The notes under the pieces were generated by a model, which had not been told where the DNA came from, made no database searches, and worked only from the letters and a program-made list of their open reading frames with translations. The translations under genes and the position numbers were made by a program. Of a stretch of 33,661 nt of DNA, positions 8,164 through 17,393 are shown piece by piece. Source of the stretch: a bacterium. Its GTDB lineage: Bacteria; Babelota; Babeliae; Babelales; GCA-2401785. Every line of letters starts with the position of its first letter. Position 1 is the first letter of the stretch. The DNA is taken from positions 1-33,661 of the forward strand of contig DAOVOC010000001.1 of the NCBI GenBank assembly GCA_030629865.1, written 5' to 3'.

Positions 8164-10119
8164 TTATGCGACTTCAGAACCATCTGGTTCCCCATCTCCA
8201 CCACCAGAAATATCTTCATCATCACCATCATGAGGCTCTTCCAAATCAACTTCTGGATTAAAACTATGAATTTCGCGTGGCTCTAAACCAAGCAGCTCAT
8301 AAACCTCTTCTGCATGAAGAGTTTCTTTCTTAATAAGCTCTTCGACAAATATATCAAACTTTTCACGATTTTCCGTCAAAAGTTCAGCTGCACGCTCACG
8401 GCACTCGTCAAGAATACGCCTCACTTCTTTGTCGATGTTCGCAGCGGTCTCTTGAGAATAATGAATCTCAGAATTCCAATAACCTTCATTGCCAGGATTA
8501 TAAGAAACTATTCCAAGTGGCGACATACCATAACTACACACCATATCATGAGCTATCTCGGTTGCCTGCTTTAAATCTTGAGAAACACCAGTTCCGGTAA
8601 TTCCATACACCATTTTTTCTGCAACTAAGCCACCAAGAGCAGATATAATATAAGAAAGCAACTCTTCAGAACTTTGACCATATTTGTCACCAACAGGCAA
8701 AGACCACGATATCCCAAGCGCTCTACCACGTGGCATGATGGTAACCTTATGGAACGGATCAGTTTCGGGAAGCAGCAAATTAAGAAGTGCATGTCCAACT
8801 TCATGAACCGCAGTTTTCTTTATTTCTTCTTCTGACCTAACAAGATTTCTTGCAGCACCAACAATAATTTTGTCTCGAGCTTGCTCAAAATCTTCAATTT
8901 CAACACGTTTTTTTCCAGCCTTTGTTGCACGTAGAGCAGCTTCATTAATCAAATTTGCCAATTGTGCGCCACTAAAACGAGAAGTCCCACGAGCAATTTT
9001 CCCCAAATTCACTTTAGGATCAAGTTTTACTGTCCTAACATGAACTCCAAGAATTTTTTCACGCGCTTTTTGATCTGGATATGGAACATTAATAACTCGG
9101 TCAAAACGGCCAGGCCGCATAAGTGCACTATCAAGCACATCAACACGGTTTGTTGCAGCCAAAACGATGACAGCACCAGGTTGTGTTGCAAAACCATCCA
9201 TCTCGGACAGTATCTGGTTCAATGTCTGCTCGCGCTCATCATGCCCACCACCAGTTCCAACACCACGTTTTTTACCAACAGCATCAATCTCATCGATAAA
9301 GACCATACACGGTGAATGCCTGCGAGCCTGGTTGAACAAATCGCGAACTCGCGAAGCTCCAACCCCGACAAAAACTTCTACAAAGTCTGAACCACTTATG
9401 CTAAAAAATGGACATCCAGCCTCACCGGCAACAGCCTTAGCCAACATTGTTTTTCCATTACCAGGATCCCCACTTAAAAGAACACCTCTAGGAATCTTTG
9501 CACCAATCCGGCCAAACTTTTTTGGAGCTTTTAAAAAATCGATAATATCAAGCAAATCTTCCTTGGCTTCTTCCACCCCAGCAACATCACTGAATTTAAC
9601 TCCAACTTCGTTGGCAGAATAAAATCTTGCTTTACTTTTTCCAACACTAAAAATTCGGTTTGAACCACCGCCATCTTGTGAATTACGGAAATACGAAAAA
9701 GCCATAAAAATTACAAACATCAGCAAAATAGCCAGAACAAAACCAACTAGATAATAAAACCAAGTAAAACTTTCAGGCGGAATAACACTGACTTTTGCAC
9801 CAGCAGCTTGCAGTTTTTCCCACAAACTTTCTGAAGGCACAACATTTACCGTAAATGTTTCACCATTTTTCAGGCTACCAGAAACGGTATGCCCATCAAT
9901 TACCGCACTCTCAATACGTCCATTTTCTATCAAAGTGACCAATTCGGAATACATGATTGGTTCTTTTGAAGGTGACGAGTAGTAATTTAGCGCAATAGAA
10001 ACCCCAAAAAGCCCAAGTAGAAGTAAAATCAACAAATACCGTGGCCCTGGAGCCTGTCCATTAAACATTTTTTTTGGCTTCTTCATTCCCACATCACCAC
10101 GGTTACGAGCCTCACTCAA
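8164..10119 (-). CDS. ftsH: ATP-dependent zinc metalloprotease FtsH
   Basis: It has two N-terminal TMs, Walker A GDPGNGKT, Walker B MVFIDEID, the zinc motif HEVGHAL and an acidic C-terminal tail. The longest ORF starts at TTG 10119. The ATG at 10086 (MKKPKK...) is an equally plausible start. Confidence 0.92.
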   Translation of the reverse strand: MSEARNRGDVGMKKPKKMFNGQAPGPRYLLILLLLGLFGVSIALNYYSSPSKEPIMYSELVTLIENGRIESAVIDGHTVSGSLKNGETFTVNVVPSESLWEKLQAAGAKVSVIPPESFTWFYYLVGFVLAILLMFVIFMAFSYFRNSQDGGGSNRIFSVGKSKARFYSANEVGVKFSDVAGVEEAKEDLLDIIDFLKAPKKFGRIGAKIPRGVLLSGDPGNGKTMLAKAVAGEAGCPFFSISGSDFVEVFVGVGASRVRDLFNQARRHSPCMVFIDEIDAVGKKRGVGTGGGHDEREQTLNQILSEMDGFATQPGAVIVLAATNRVDVLDSALMRPGRFDRVINVPYPDQKAREKILGVHVRTVKLDPKVNLGKIARGTSRFSGAQLANLINEAALRATKAGKKRVEIEDFEQARDKIIVGAARNLVRSEEEIKKTAVHEVGHALLNLLLPETDPFHKVTIMPRGRALGISWSLPVGDKYGQSSEELLSYIISALGGLVAEKMVYGITGTGVSQDLKQATEIAHDMVCSYGMSPLGIVSYNPGNEGYWNSEIHYSQETAANIDKEVRRILDECRERAAELLTENREKFDIFVEELIKKETLHAEEVYELLGLEPREIHSFNPEVDLEEPHDGDDEDISGGGDGEPDGSEVA

Positions 10120-10217
10120 GATGACTATCTGTCACCACTCAACATCATTCTATTGTATTAAAACCATCACACAAACACCAGAAATCATTCAAAATGAAAT
10201 CACAGTTTTTTCACAAA

Positions 10218-11573
10218 CTAATATAGGGTACGGTCAGTCCAGGCTGGAAAACCACGCCCTGTAGCCGATTGAGTAATTACCCGTACGGCTCCATCAACAG
10301 CACTAAAGATGGCAACCTGTGCTTTGCGAGCAGTTTTTTGCCCGCGTGCGCTCTGCATAAATGCCACAAAATCACCTTCAGGATGCCACTGAGGCTCAGT
10401 CTTATCCTGGCCCCCAAACGTTAACTGCTTAATAGGCAACCCAATACCATCCTTAAATGTGGTAACATCAAAATCCTTTAGACTCAAGCAAAATAATTGA
10501 AAAACCCCATTTATGGGCTTATTGAAAACAACTTTTTTATTTTTCTCACAATACGAAGGTGCTGCACAATAACCAATTCCGCTTGTTAATCTGACTGTTT
10601 TCTTAGTTTTTGCATCAAGATAATAAAGTTGAGGCCTTCCATTTCGACCAGTCTGGTAGTCAGAACAAAAAATCACATCACCATTGGACAAAAAACACGG
10701 AGAAACATTGGCGCCATTATTTTTCGTCAATTGAGTAAAAGCTTGCTTCCCCAGGCTGTTACATAGCGCCTGATCATAAAGATACAATTCGGTGTTGCCT
10801 CGAGATCCAGACATACATGTAATGCCTTTTGTACCATCTGGCGAAAACGCAAACTGCATTGTCAATCCAGGATACGAAAATCGAACTCGTTGTCGCCCCG
10901 TCGACAAATCTATAGAACTAAGCTCACTGTTTCGATCTGTAGCATGAGAAAAGAAAAGAAGTGGAGCTTTTGTATGGAAAGAAGGAGCAAATTTCATGCC
11001 AGGGGATCTTACAACTTCACTGCTCTGCATTCCTGCATAGTCTGAACAAACAACCTTGTCGCCCTCACACCATGCAAGCGTGCTACAACAAATTCCTTTT
11101 TTCCCAGTCAACGCTAAAAGAAGCTTTTCCGAAATTGAATGACCATGCTTGATGGCCTTTTCTGTTTTCAAATTAACTGTTTTTGAATAAACTTTTTTCC
11201 CAAGCCAAGTCTGAACAACCTCTAGGCCAACTCGCTTACGACCTTCAAAAGACAAGTCCAAAAGATACACACACAAATCAATGCCTTTTTCAAAAAGAGC
11301 TTTATGATAATTCTTATCACTTCTTTTGCTTATATCGTGATTTAAAGACGTCTTAAACTGGCCAGAAAAATCCATATCAAAAGCAATGACTCTACCTAGA
11401 TGGCGTATCAACTCGTCTTTACCTTCAATGGAAACAATACAAGATGTTTTTCTTGTTTTTCCAGCACGAGCCTTTACCACAAATGCTTCACTTTGAACGC
11501 CCCATAGGCAACCTATGACAACAAAAAAAACAATCCTATTAAGATTCTGCATTACCAAGGCTCCCTCACCCAT
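10218..11573 (-). CDS. tolB: TolB-like periplasmic beta-propeller protein
   Basis: 451 aa with a hydrophobic N-terminal signal region and repeated propeller blades (FSPDG..., PQWHPEGDFVAF). Its ATG directly abuts the stop of the upstream TolA-like gene (TAAATG). It lies in tolQRA context. Confidence 0.75.
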   Translation of the reverse strand: MGEGALVMQNLNRIVFFVVIGCLWGVQSEAFVVKARAGKTRKTSCIVSIEGKDELIRHLGRVIAFDMDFSGQFKTSLNHDISKRSDKNYHKALFEKGIDLCVYLLDLSFEGRKRVGLEVVQTWLGKKVYSKTVNLKTEKAIKHGHSISEKLLLALTGKKGICCSTLAWCEGDKVVCSDYAGMQSSEVVRSPGMKFAPSFHTKAPLLFFSHATDRNSELSSIDLSTGRQRVRFSYPGLTMQFAFSPDGTKGITCMSGSRGNTELYLYDQALCNSLGKQAFTQLTKNNGANVSPCFLSNGDVIFCSDYQTGRNGRPQLYYLDAKTKKTVRLTSGIGYCAAPSYCEKNKKVVFNKPINGVFQLFCLSLKDFDVTTFKDGIGLPIKQLTFGGQDKTEPQWHPEGDFVAFMQSARGQKTARKAQVAIFSAVDGAVRVITQSATGRGFPAWTDRTLY

Positions 11574-12245
11574 TTACAAACAAAATTCAACGGTAAATAC
11601 TTTTCCCCATAAACATTTTTCAAAGTTAAATGCCAGCGCAATGCGAGCAATACTTAAATCATAAATAAGCACATCAGATGACTTGATGATATCAAAGGCA
11701 CTCACATTTCCCGACGCATCAACAGAAAATTGCACAATCGCTTGTGTACCGTCTTCAACTCCATTTGGAGGACTCCACAATCGCATAATTTCACATTCGA
11801 GAGCAACTTGAGCCTTAGCGCGCGCGTGAGACTTTTTCCTCTCTACTGCATTTATAGCAAAATGCTTACTACTAAGTTTTTTTTCACTTTTGCATGTATT
11901 TACATTGCATATGTTCACATTTTCAGATGATACATTTTTTTCTGGCTCCAATTCATGCGATTGCCTCTGAGGCTTAACATCTTGTGCAGGTTTCTGCGGT
12001 GCAGGTTTCTGCAATGCAGGTTTCCGATCAGAAACACAAGAAGCTAATTGCTTACAACAAACAGGCTTAAGCCTCCTACTGCGTGCCACAGGAGGAGGAA
12101 GATAGGCACAAACAAGCTCCTTGTTTGCAAGCCTTGATCCAGAAACAAAAAAGTGAGCAGTCGCAAAATCTTGCATCATGCCCGAAAAAACCCAAAGCAA
12201 GACAATATGAAAAATACTTGAAGCAAAAATAGCGAATGTCCACAT
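11574..12245 (-). CDS. tolA: TolA/TonB-like energy-transducer protein
   Basis: It has an N-terminal TM (WTFAIFASSIFHIVLLWVF), a Pro/Lys/Gln-rich linker (KPALQKPAPQKPAQDVKPQ) and a C-terminal TolA/TonB-like domain. I place the start at ATG 12245. The longest ORF (12311) would overlap tolR by 56 nt. Confidence 0.6.
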   Translation of the reverse strand: MWTFAIFASSIFHIVLLWVFSGMMQDFATAHFFVSGSRLANKELVCAYLPPPVARSRRLKPVCCKQLASCVSDRKPALQKPAPQKPAQDVKPQRQSHELEPEKNVSSENVNICNVNTCKSEKKLSSKHFAINAVERKKSHARAKAQVALECEIMRLWSPPNGVEDGTQAIVQFSVDASGNVSAFDIIKSSDVLIYDLSIARIALAFNFEKCLWGKVFTVEFCL

Positions 12246-12255
12246 GAATTTATAA

Positions 12256-12681
12256 CTAAGCTCCTGCAACAGCCCTGGTTGGCCTAAGCGACATGGCAAC
12301 ATATTTAACACCAGACTGTTTTAACTGATCTACAACTTCAACCACTTTTCCGTATTCAACGGCTTTGTCAGCATTAACCGAAACAGGAACATCTTCGCGA
12401 TTGCCCAATGCCTCTTTAACCACGCGCGCCAAACTTTCCTTTTCTACCGGAAAGCTGTTAAACAAAAGCTCACCATTTTCTCTTACAGTAAGCACCATTT
12501 CTTGCTTGCCAACAACTTCTTTACTACTTCCCTGCGGCAAATCGACCCGAATCGTGTTATGCACTGCCGGAATTGCAATCATAAAAATAACCAACAACGT
12601 TAAAGCTGTATCGATTAAAGGAGTTAATGAAACTTCTGGCAAATCAAATCTGCGGCCTCGACGCGCTCTATTTCTCTTCAT
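12256..12681 (-). CDS. tolR: TolR/ExbD biopolymer transport protein
   Basis: 141 aa with a basic N-terminus, a single TM (LIDTALTLLVIFMIAIP) and a periplasmic domain. It lies immediately downstream of tolQ. Confidence 0.8.
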   Translation of the reverse strand: MKRNRARRGRRFDLPEVSLTPLIDTALTLLVIFMIAIPAVHNTIRVDLPQGSSKEVVGKQEMVLTVRENGELLFNSFPVEKESLARVVKEALGNREDVPVSVNADKAVEYGKVVEVVDQLKQSGVKYVAMSLRPTRAVAGA

Positions 12682-12689
12682 ACTCCCTC

Positions 12690-13385
12690 CTACTCGCCAC
12701 TCGAACGCCGAACAACCGCTAAAACACGATCGCTAAGAGCAAATAGTTTCCATTCAATTTTACGCAATTGATTCGAAAGGTAATGGAAAAAAACAAGAGC
12801 CGGAATAGCAACCGCTAAACCAGCAAGAGTTGTAAAAAGAGCTTCAGCAATGCCGGGCGCGACAACAGACAAATCTGCGCTCTGCTCTTGCCCCATACTG
12901 ACAAGCGAATGTATAAGCCCCCAAATGGTTCCAAAAAGTCCAACTAGCGGAGCTGCAGCTGCCGTTACTCCCAATATCGGAAGGAACTGTTCGGTTTCAG
13001 AAACATTTTGCTCAACAAGCTGCTCTGAAGTCATCGCAAGGTGTTCCAGCTCGCCAACAGAAAGTTTTTCTGGACGTTCATCAACCGGCGTTGTTTTTAT
13101 ATGATACCCTGCTCCATTTAAAATATGTGCTAGAAGCGTACCGCCAAGCGTTGTACGAACTCTACCTGCAATCATTACCAAATCTTGCACCGATCTAACC
13201 GCAAAAACTCGCTTCCACAAGTCTTTAAGATTCTTGCGCTTAGCAGCAAGCTCAATGCTTTTCCCAATAATAATGGCCACACAACAGATAGAAATCAGGA
13301 AAAGTGCTAGCAGAACAAGCCTTGTCACCCAGTCTATCTGAGCAAAAAGCCTCCACGTAGAACCTTCCTTAATTGTATTCAGCAT
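12690..13385 (-). CDS. tolQ: TolQ/ExbB (MotA family) proton-channel protein
   Basis: It carries MotA/TolQ/ExbB motifs (AAPLVGLFGTIWGLI, VAPGIAEALFTTLAGLAVAIPAL). ATG 13385 is preceded by GGTGGGGGGG 5 nt upstream. The longest ORF extends to 13418. Confidence 0.85.
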   Translation of the reverse strand: MLNTIKEGSTWRLFAQIDWVTRLVLLALFLISICCVAIIIGKSIELAAKRKNLKDLWKRVFAVRSVQDLVMIAGRVRTTLGGTLLAHILNGAGYHIKTTPVDERPEKLSVGELEHLAMTSEQLVEQNVSETEQFLPILGVTAAAAPLVGLFGTIWGLIHSLVSMGQEQSADLSVVAPGIAEALFTTLAGLAVAIPALVFFHYLSNQLRKIEWKLFALSDRVLAVVRRSSGE

Positions 13386-13430
13386 GAATTCCCCCCCACC
13401 ATCAATTAAAACAGCCATCTATTTTCAAAC

Positions 13431-13458
13431 ATAGTAAAACATTGCGCAGTATATGCAA
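13431..13458 (-). promoter_or_regulatory. Candidate sigma70-type promoter for the tolQRAB operon
   Basis: The minus strand reads TTGCAT - 16 nt - TACTAT. The predicted transcript start favours the 13385 tolQ start. Confidence 0.4.
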
Positions 13459-13488
13459 AAAAGACCTTGTGAGGAAGGCAAATACCTC

Positions 13489-14259
13489 TTACAAAATCAA
13501 ATTGCCACAAGAAACATGCGCAGTAATTTCTATACAACGCTCATCAAGCACCAAACCCATCATTACTCCTCCTGGCATGTAAATAGAAATTTGGTCCCCC
13601 AGATTAAGTCGACCGGTTTTTAATAGAACATTTACCAATGCAAGCGCCGCAGAGCCGCAAGAAAGCGTTGGCCCCACTCCACGTTCATACACAATGCCTT
13701 TGTAACCAGCACCATCATCTTTAAGCCAAAAATACGATACATTAATTGCACCACCAGTCTCTTCATTTCCTTGAGCCAAGATTAGTGCCTGCTGCAAAAA
13801 TGCTTTTTTATCAATTTTTTGCAAAACCACAAAATGCGGGTTGCCAACATCAACAAAAAATCCTTTAACAGAACTCAAAACCAATGGCTCTACTGTTGCG
13901 TTTTGGCAAAGCCGAATTGTTACAGCACCAGCTTTTTCTGCACGTAGCGCTTCTACCAAAACATCACCAACAAAAAAACTGATTCGCTTTTTTTCAGAGC
14001 CGCGCAAAACGTGATAAGCGGCACATCGTGCTCCATTAACCGAAAATTGCCCATAAGAACCGTCGGCGTTGAAAACCAAAATGGTTTTTTGTTGAACAAG
14101 GGCCAACAAACCATCGCAACCATTTTTTATAACTTGGGTTTGAATATTAGCTTTAAGCCCAGAAAAAAGATCTGCAGGATTATTAAGAATAGTTTTTAAA
14201 GAATTAATTTCTAGCAATAAAAATTTATTGCCAACAGATTCATACGAATAAAACTTCAT
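13489..14259 (-). CDS. dapF: Diaminopimelate epimerase family protein (non-canonical first active-site residue)
   Basis: It has the DapF blocks GNKFLLL, FNADGSYGQFSVNGARC, VGNPHFVV and YERGVGPTLSCGSAA. The residue aligned with the first catalytic Cys (CGNG) is Ser73 (FSVNG). Confidence 0.8.
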   Translation of the reverse strand: MKFYSYESVGNKFLLLEINSLKTILNNPADLFSGLKANIQTQVIKNGCDGLLALVQQKTILVFNADGSYGQFSVNGARCAAYHVLRGSEKKRISFFVGDVLVEALRAEKAGAVTIRLCQNATVEPLVLSSVKGFFVDVGNPHFVVLQKIDKKAFLQQALILAQGNEETGGAINVSYFWLKDDGAGYKGIVYERGVGPTLSCGSAALALVNVLLKTGRLNLGDQISIYMPGGVMMGLVLDERCIEITAHVSCGNLIL

Positions 14260-15227
14260 TAAATCCTGACTGCCGGCTTAACGTGCAGTTTTTTTTGTGC
14301 TGATGTAGCAGTGTCTTTTTCTGCAAAAACTTTGCTCAAATATGCCCGACCAGAGTCGGCAAAAATCGCAACCACAACATCGTCAGCTTTCAATTTATTT
14401 TGGCAACTAACAATGCCCTCCACCACAGCCCCACTGCTTGGACCAACAAGGACTCCTCGTTTGGCTAGTTCTTTGGTGCGAGCAAATGCTGCATCATCAG
14501 AAACAGGAATAATTCCATCAACAGCTGATCTTTGGAACAATCCTTTTTCGGGATAATCGATGCCGATGCCTTCGTTCTGGTAAGGCTTGGGAGTTTTACT
14601 CGAATACGCTGAAGTTTGCGCATCAATGCCAAAAACTTTGATTTCAGGATTGCACTGCTTTAAATATTTTCCCACTCCCATAATGGTTCCACAGCTGCCA
14701 GCACCACAAAAAAAGTGAGTGACAGCTCCCGCGGTTTGTTTCCAAATTTCTGGGCCCGTTGTTTCATAGTGTGCACGAGCATTGGACTTATTAAAATACT
14801 GATTCGGAACAAAAGCGCCTTCGATCTCACAAGAAAGTCTCTTTATGACATCGCAATAACTTTCTGCACCCTTTTCGCCTGTATCACCACATATGACAAC
14901 TTGTGCACCATATGCTTTCATAGTGGCAACTTTTTCACCACTTGTCCTTCGCGGAACGGTTATAATTACGCGGTATCCCCTAGCAGCCCCAATCATTGCC
15001 AAAGCAATCCCTTGGTTGCCCGAAGAAGCTTCGATAATGGTACCACCAGGTTTTAAAAAACCTTCGCGCTCAGCTTTTTCTACCAAAAACAAAGCGGAAC
15101 GATCTTTTATGCTTCCACCAGGATTGAGATACTCAAGCTTTGCTAAAACAGGAAATGGCAACGCCAAATCAAACTCAACAAGTGGAGTATTTCCTATTGC
15201 TTCTAGTAGCTTTTTGCGATGAGACAT
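14259..15227 (-). CDS. PLP-dependent cysteine synthase / CBS-family enzyme
   Basis: 322 aa. It has the PLP-lysine motif NPGGSIKDR, the Asn loop SSGNQGIALA (canonical TSGNTG), the Gly loop GAGSCGTIMG (canonical GTGGT) and PSSGA. Its stop overlaps the dapF start (TAATG). Confidence 0.75.
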   Translation of the reverse strand: MSHRKKLLEAIGNTPLVEFDLALPFPVLAKLEYLNPGGSIKDRSALFLVEKAEREGFLKPGGTIIEASSGNQGIALAMIGAARGYRVIITVPRRTSGEKVATMKAYGAQVVICGDTGEKGAESYCDVIKRLSCEIEGAFVPNQYFNKSNARAHYETTGPEIWKQTAGAVTHFFCGAGSCGTIMGVGKYLKQCNPEIKVFGIDAQTSAYSSKTPKPYQNEGIGIDYPEKGLFQRSAVDGIIPVSDDAAFARTKELAKRGVLVGPSSGAVVEGIVSCQNKLKADDVVVAIFADSGRAYLSKVFAEKDTATSAQKKLHVKPAVRI

Positions 15228-15392
15228 TGTTGATGCCTTCTGTCAAAATTCGTGCTAAGACGTTCTAGATTGTAGGCTTTTTTAACTTTTTTGCCAATTC
15301 AAAACCTATTTTATTGAACTTACAAAAAATTCGTGACACGCTCTATCTTGCGAGTACAGTGAGTAAGCTTCAATGTGATACAAAACATCAAA

Positions 15393-15477
15393 TGTCATTC
15401 CGGACTTGATCCGGAATCCAGCAGAACTTCGAAAGTAACGACATGCCTCTGGATCCCGGTCTAAGCCTGGTATGTTA
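15393..15477. repeat. REPIN-like palindromic doublet (85 bp), copy a
   Basis: The left unit is TGTCATTCCGGACTTGATCCGGAATCCAG. The inverted, partly degenerate right unit is CTGGATCCCGGTCTAAGCCTGGTATGTTA. It is intergenic between the cysK-family gene and gltX. Confidence 0.8.
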
Positions 15478-15548
15478 AAATTTAAAGACGTTACACCACA
15501 TATAAGCTGCACTTTTGAGTAACAATCCTAACAAGCAGGTTGAAAACA

Positions 15549-16988
15549 ATGAAAATAAGAACTCGCTTTGCTCCTTCTCCCACAGGCTTTATGCATCTTG
15601 GAAATATTCGCACAGCACTTCTCAATTATCTTTTCACTCATCAACGCAATGGACGCCTTGTTCTGCGCATCGAAGATACAGACCAAGAAAGAAATACAAA
15701 CGAGTTCGAAGCAACAATTCTTAAAGACCTTGTATGGCTTGGTATCAAGTTTGAAGAAGGACCACAAATTGGCGGGACCCATGGACCATATTGTCAGTCA
15801 GATCGAAAAGAAATTTATGACGATGTTTTTAAGACGCTTGTTGGAAACCGGCTTGTTTACAGATGTTTTTGTACTCCAGAAACACTGCAAGCAAAACGAT
15901 CAGCACAAGCAGCAGAAGGAAAACCACCACGTTACGACCGTACGTGCCTGGGCCTACCACCAGACAAAGTAAAACAAAAAATTGCCGCAGGAGTACCATT
16001 TGTGTGGCGATTCAAGATAAACGATCGGCAACGGGTAGAATTTGAGGATATGGCACGCGGCACACAAAAATTTGATTTAGCACACTTTTCTGATTTTACG
16101 ATCACCCGCTCAGATGGCAGCTACACTTTTCTTTTCACAAACTTTGTTGATGACTGGAAAATGGAAATATCTCACGTTATTCGTGGAGAAGACCACCTTT
16201 CCAACACAGCCCTGCAGGGAGCGATGGCACATGCACTCGCCATAAAAATGCCGGTCTTCTGGCACCTTCCCATGATGTGTGACCATAACGGCAAAAAGCT
16301 TTCCAAACGTTCGGCACACTTTTCCCTAAAAGATCTAAAAGGCGAAGGTTTTTTGCCAGAAGCCATCTGTAACTATCTCGCCTTGGTTGGCGGACGCCTG
16401 ACAGGCGAACACCTAACAGATGAAATTCAAGACCTATCAGGTTTGATGAAAAAATTAGATTTCCACAATATTAGCTCAACAGGAAGTTCAAAATACGACG
16501 TCGAAAAACTTTTGTGGGTCAACCACAAATGGATTGCACGCCTTGAAGCACAAGATCTTTTAAAACGTGTTAAACCATTTCTAAAACATCTGATACAAAA
16601 CATTCAAATTGAAGACAAAGACCTTTTGAATCTCATTCAACACGTTAAAGATGAGGCTAAAACACTTGTTGATTTTGAAGCCTTATTAAAATTTCGCTTT
16701 ATAAAACCAACATTTGTAATCAGTGAACTTGAACCAATTTTAGATGCAAATCACACAAAAAAACTTGTTGGCATAATGCAGAATGAATCCCAAGCACAAG
16801 ACGACTTTGAGTCGTTTTTAACAAACTTTAAAACCGTCGCTTCAAAAGAAGGATTTAAGCCCAAGGCTATTTTTTCTCTTTTGCGCTACGTTTTAACCGG
16901 AAGCACTTCTGGAATAGGCATTCATGAACTTAACGACATGCTTGGATATAAAGAAATTCAAAAAAGGATAAAAGACATTTCGATTTAG
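15549..16988 (+). CDS. gltX: Glutamyl-tRNA synthetase
   Basis: It starts MKIRTRFAPSPTGFMHLGNIRTAL (HIGH-type motif) and has the KMSKS-type motif KLSKR. The ORF track starts 9 nt earlier at a TTG. Confidence 0.92.
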   Translation: MKIRTRFAPSPTGFMHLGNIRTALLNYLFTHQRNGRLVLRIEDTDQERNTNEFEATILKDLVWLGIKFEEGPQIGGTHGPYCQSDRKEIYDDVFKTLVGNRLVYRCFCTPETLQAKRSAQAAEGKPPRYDRTCLGLPPDKVKQKIAAGVPFVWRFKINDRQRVEFEDMARGTQKFDLAHFSDFTITRSDGSYTFLFTNFVDDWKMEISHVIRGEDHLSNTALQGAMAHALAIKMPVFWHLPMMCDHNGKKLSKRSAHFSLKDLKGEGFLPEAICNYLALVGGRLTGEHLTDEIQDLSGLMKKLDFHNISSTGSSKYDVEKLLWVNHKWIARLEAQDLLKRVKPFLKHLIQNIQIEDKDLLNLIQHVKDEAKTLVDFEALLKFRFIKPTFVISELEPILDANHTKKLVGIMQNESQAQDDFESFLTNFKTVASKEGFKPKAIFSLLRYVLTGSTSGIGIHELNDMLGYKEIQKRIKDISI

Positions 16989-17242
16989 ACAACATCGTTT
17001 TTGATTAAACGATTCTCTTTTTTCTCGATCGAAAGCAAATAGCCGTTTTCTAGAAGATATTGGGCCACATTTAAAAAGTGTGACTCCATGTCTTTAGGAA
17101 CAAAAAATTCAAATATATTAGCCTTTTTATCAATGCACCGCTCAATACACAAATTTGGCTCATTGCGGAAAACACCATTTACAAACCACGTTTTTTCTCG
17201 ATTTGTAACAGCTTGATAATAAAAACAAAACAGATTTTCCAT
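16985..17242 (-). CDS. Hypothetical 85-aa protein
   Basis: An ORF with no recognisable motifs. Its stop overlaps the gltX stop by 4 nt (convergent). It has a weak RBS. Confidence 0.4.
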   Translation of the reverse strand: MENLFCFYYQAVTNREKTWFVNGVFRNEPNLCIERCIDKKANIFEFFVPKDMESHFLNVAQYLLENGYLLSIEKKENRLIKNDVV

Positions 17243-17340
17243 TGCAATACAATCTCAAAAAGCATTTAAAAACCAATGTTTAAACTACTGATAAGGGTAG
17301 CAACGGCAAATCAAAGCCTCAAGCAAAAAACATCCTCTCT

Positions 17341-17368
17341 AAAAACAAAAGCGGAACAGTTTTTCCGC
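17341..17368 (-). terminator. Rho-independent terminator of the 17394..18263 gene
   Basis: The minus strand reads GCGGAA-AAACTG-TTCCGC followed by TTTTGTTTTT. Confidence 0.6.
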
Positions 17369-17393
17369 CCCGCCTTTGTTTGATATATTTTTA

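Noticed and set aside
9167-9622. Long antisense or alternative-frame ORFs inside housekeeping genes (also 17482..17898, 26791..27192, 12365..12736, 15568..15972, 19223..19663)
   Set aside because: They are embedded in genes with unambiguous motifs (ftsH, pheS, tolR/tolQ, gltX, etc.). They have Pro/Ser/Arg-rich shadow-frame composition and lack start-site signals.
15306-15512. 68-aa ORF; likewise 28248..28583 (111 aa) and 29572..29781 (69 aa)
   Set aside because: All three are built largely from the palindromic repeat units (translations such as NIPGLDRDPE, VTPGYDPGSRS, RVKPGMTS, VIPGFDPGS). They are classic repeat-derived false ORFs.
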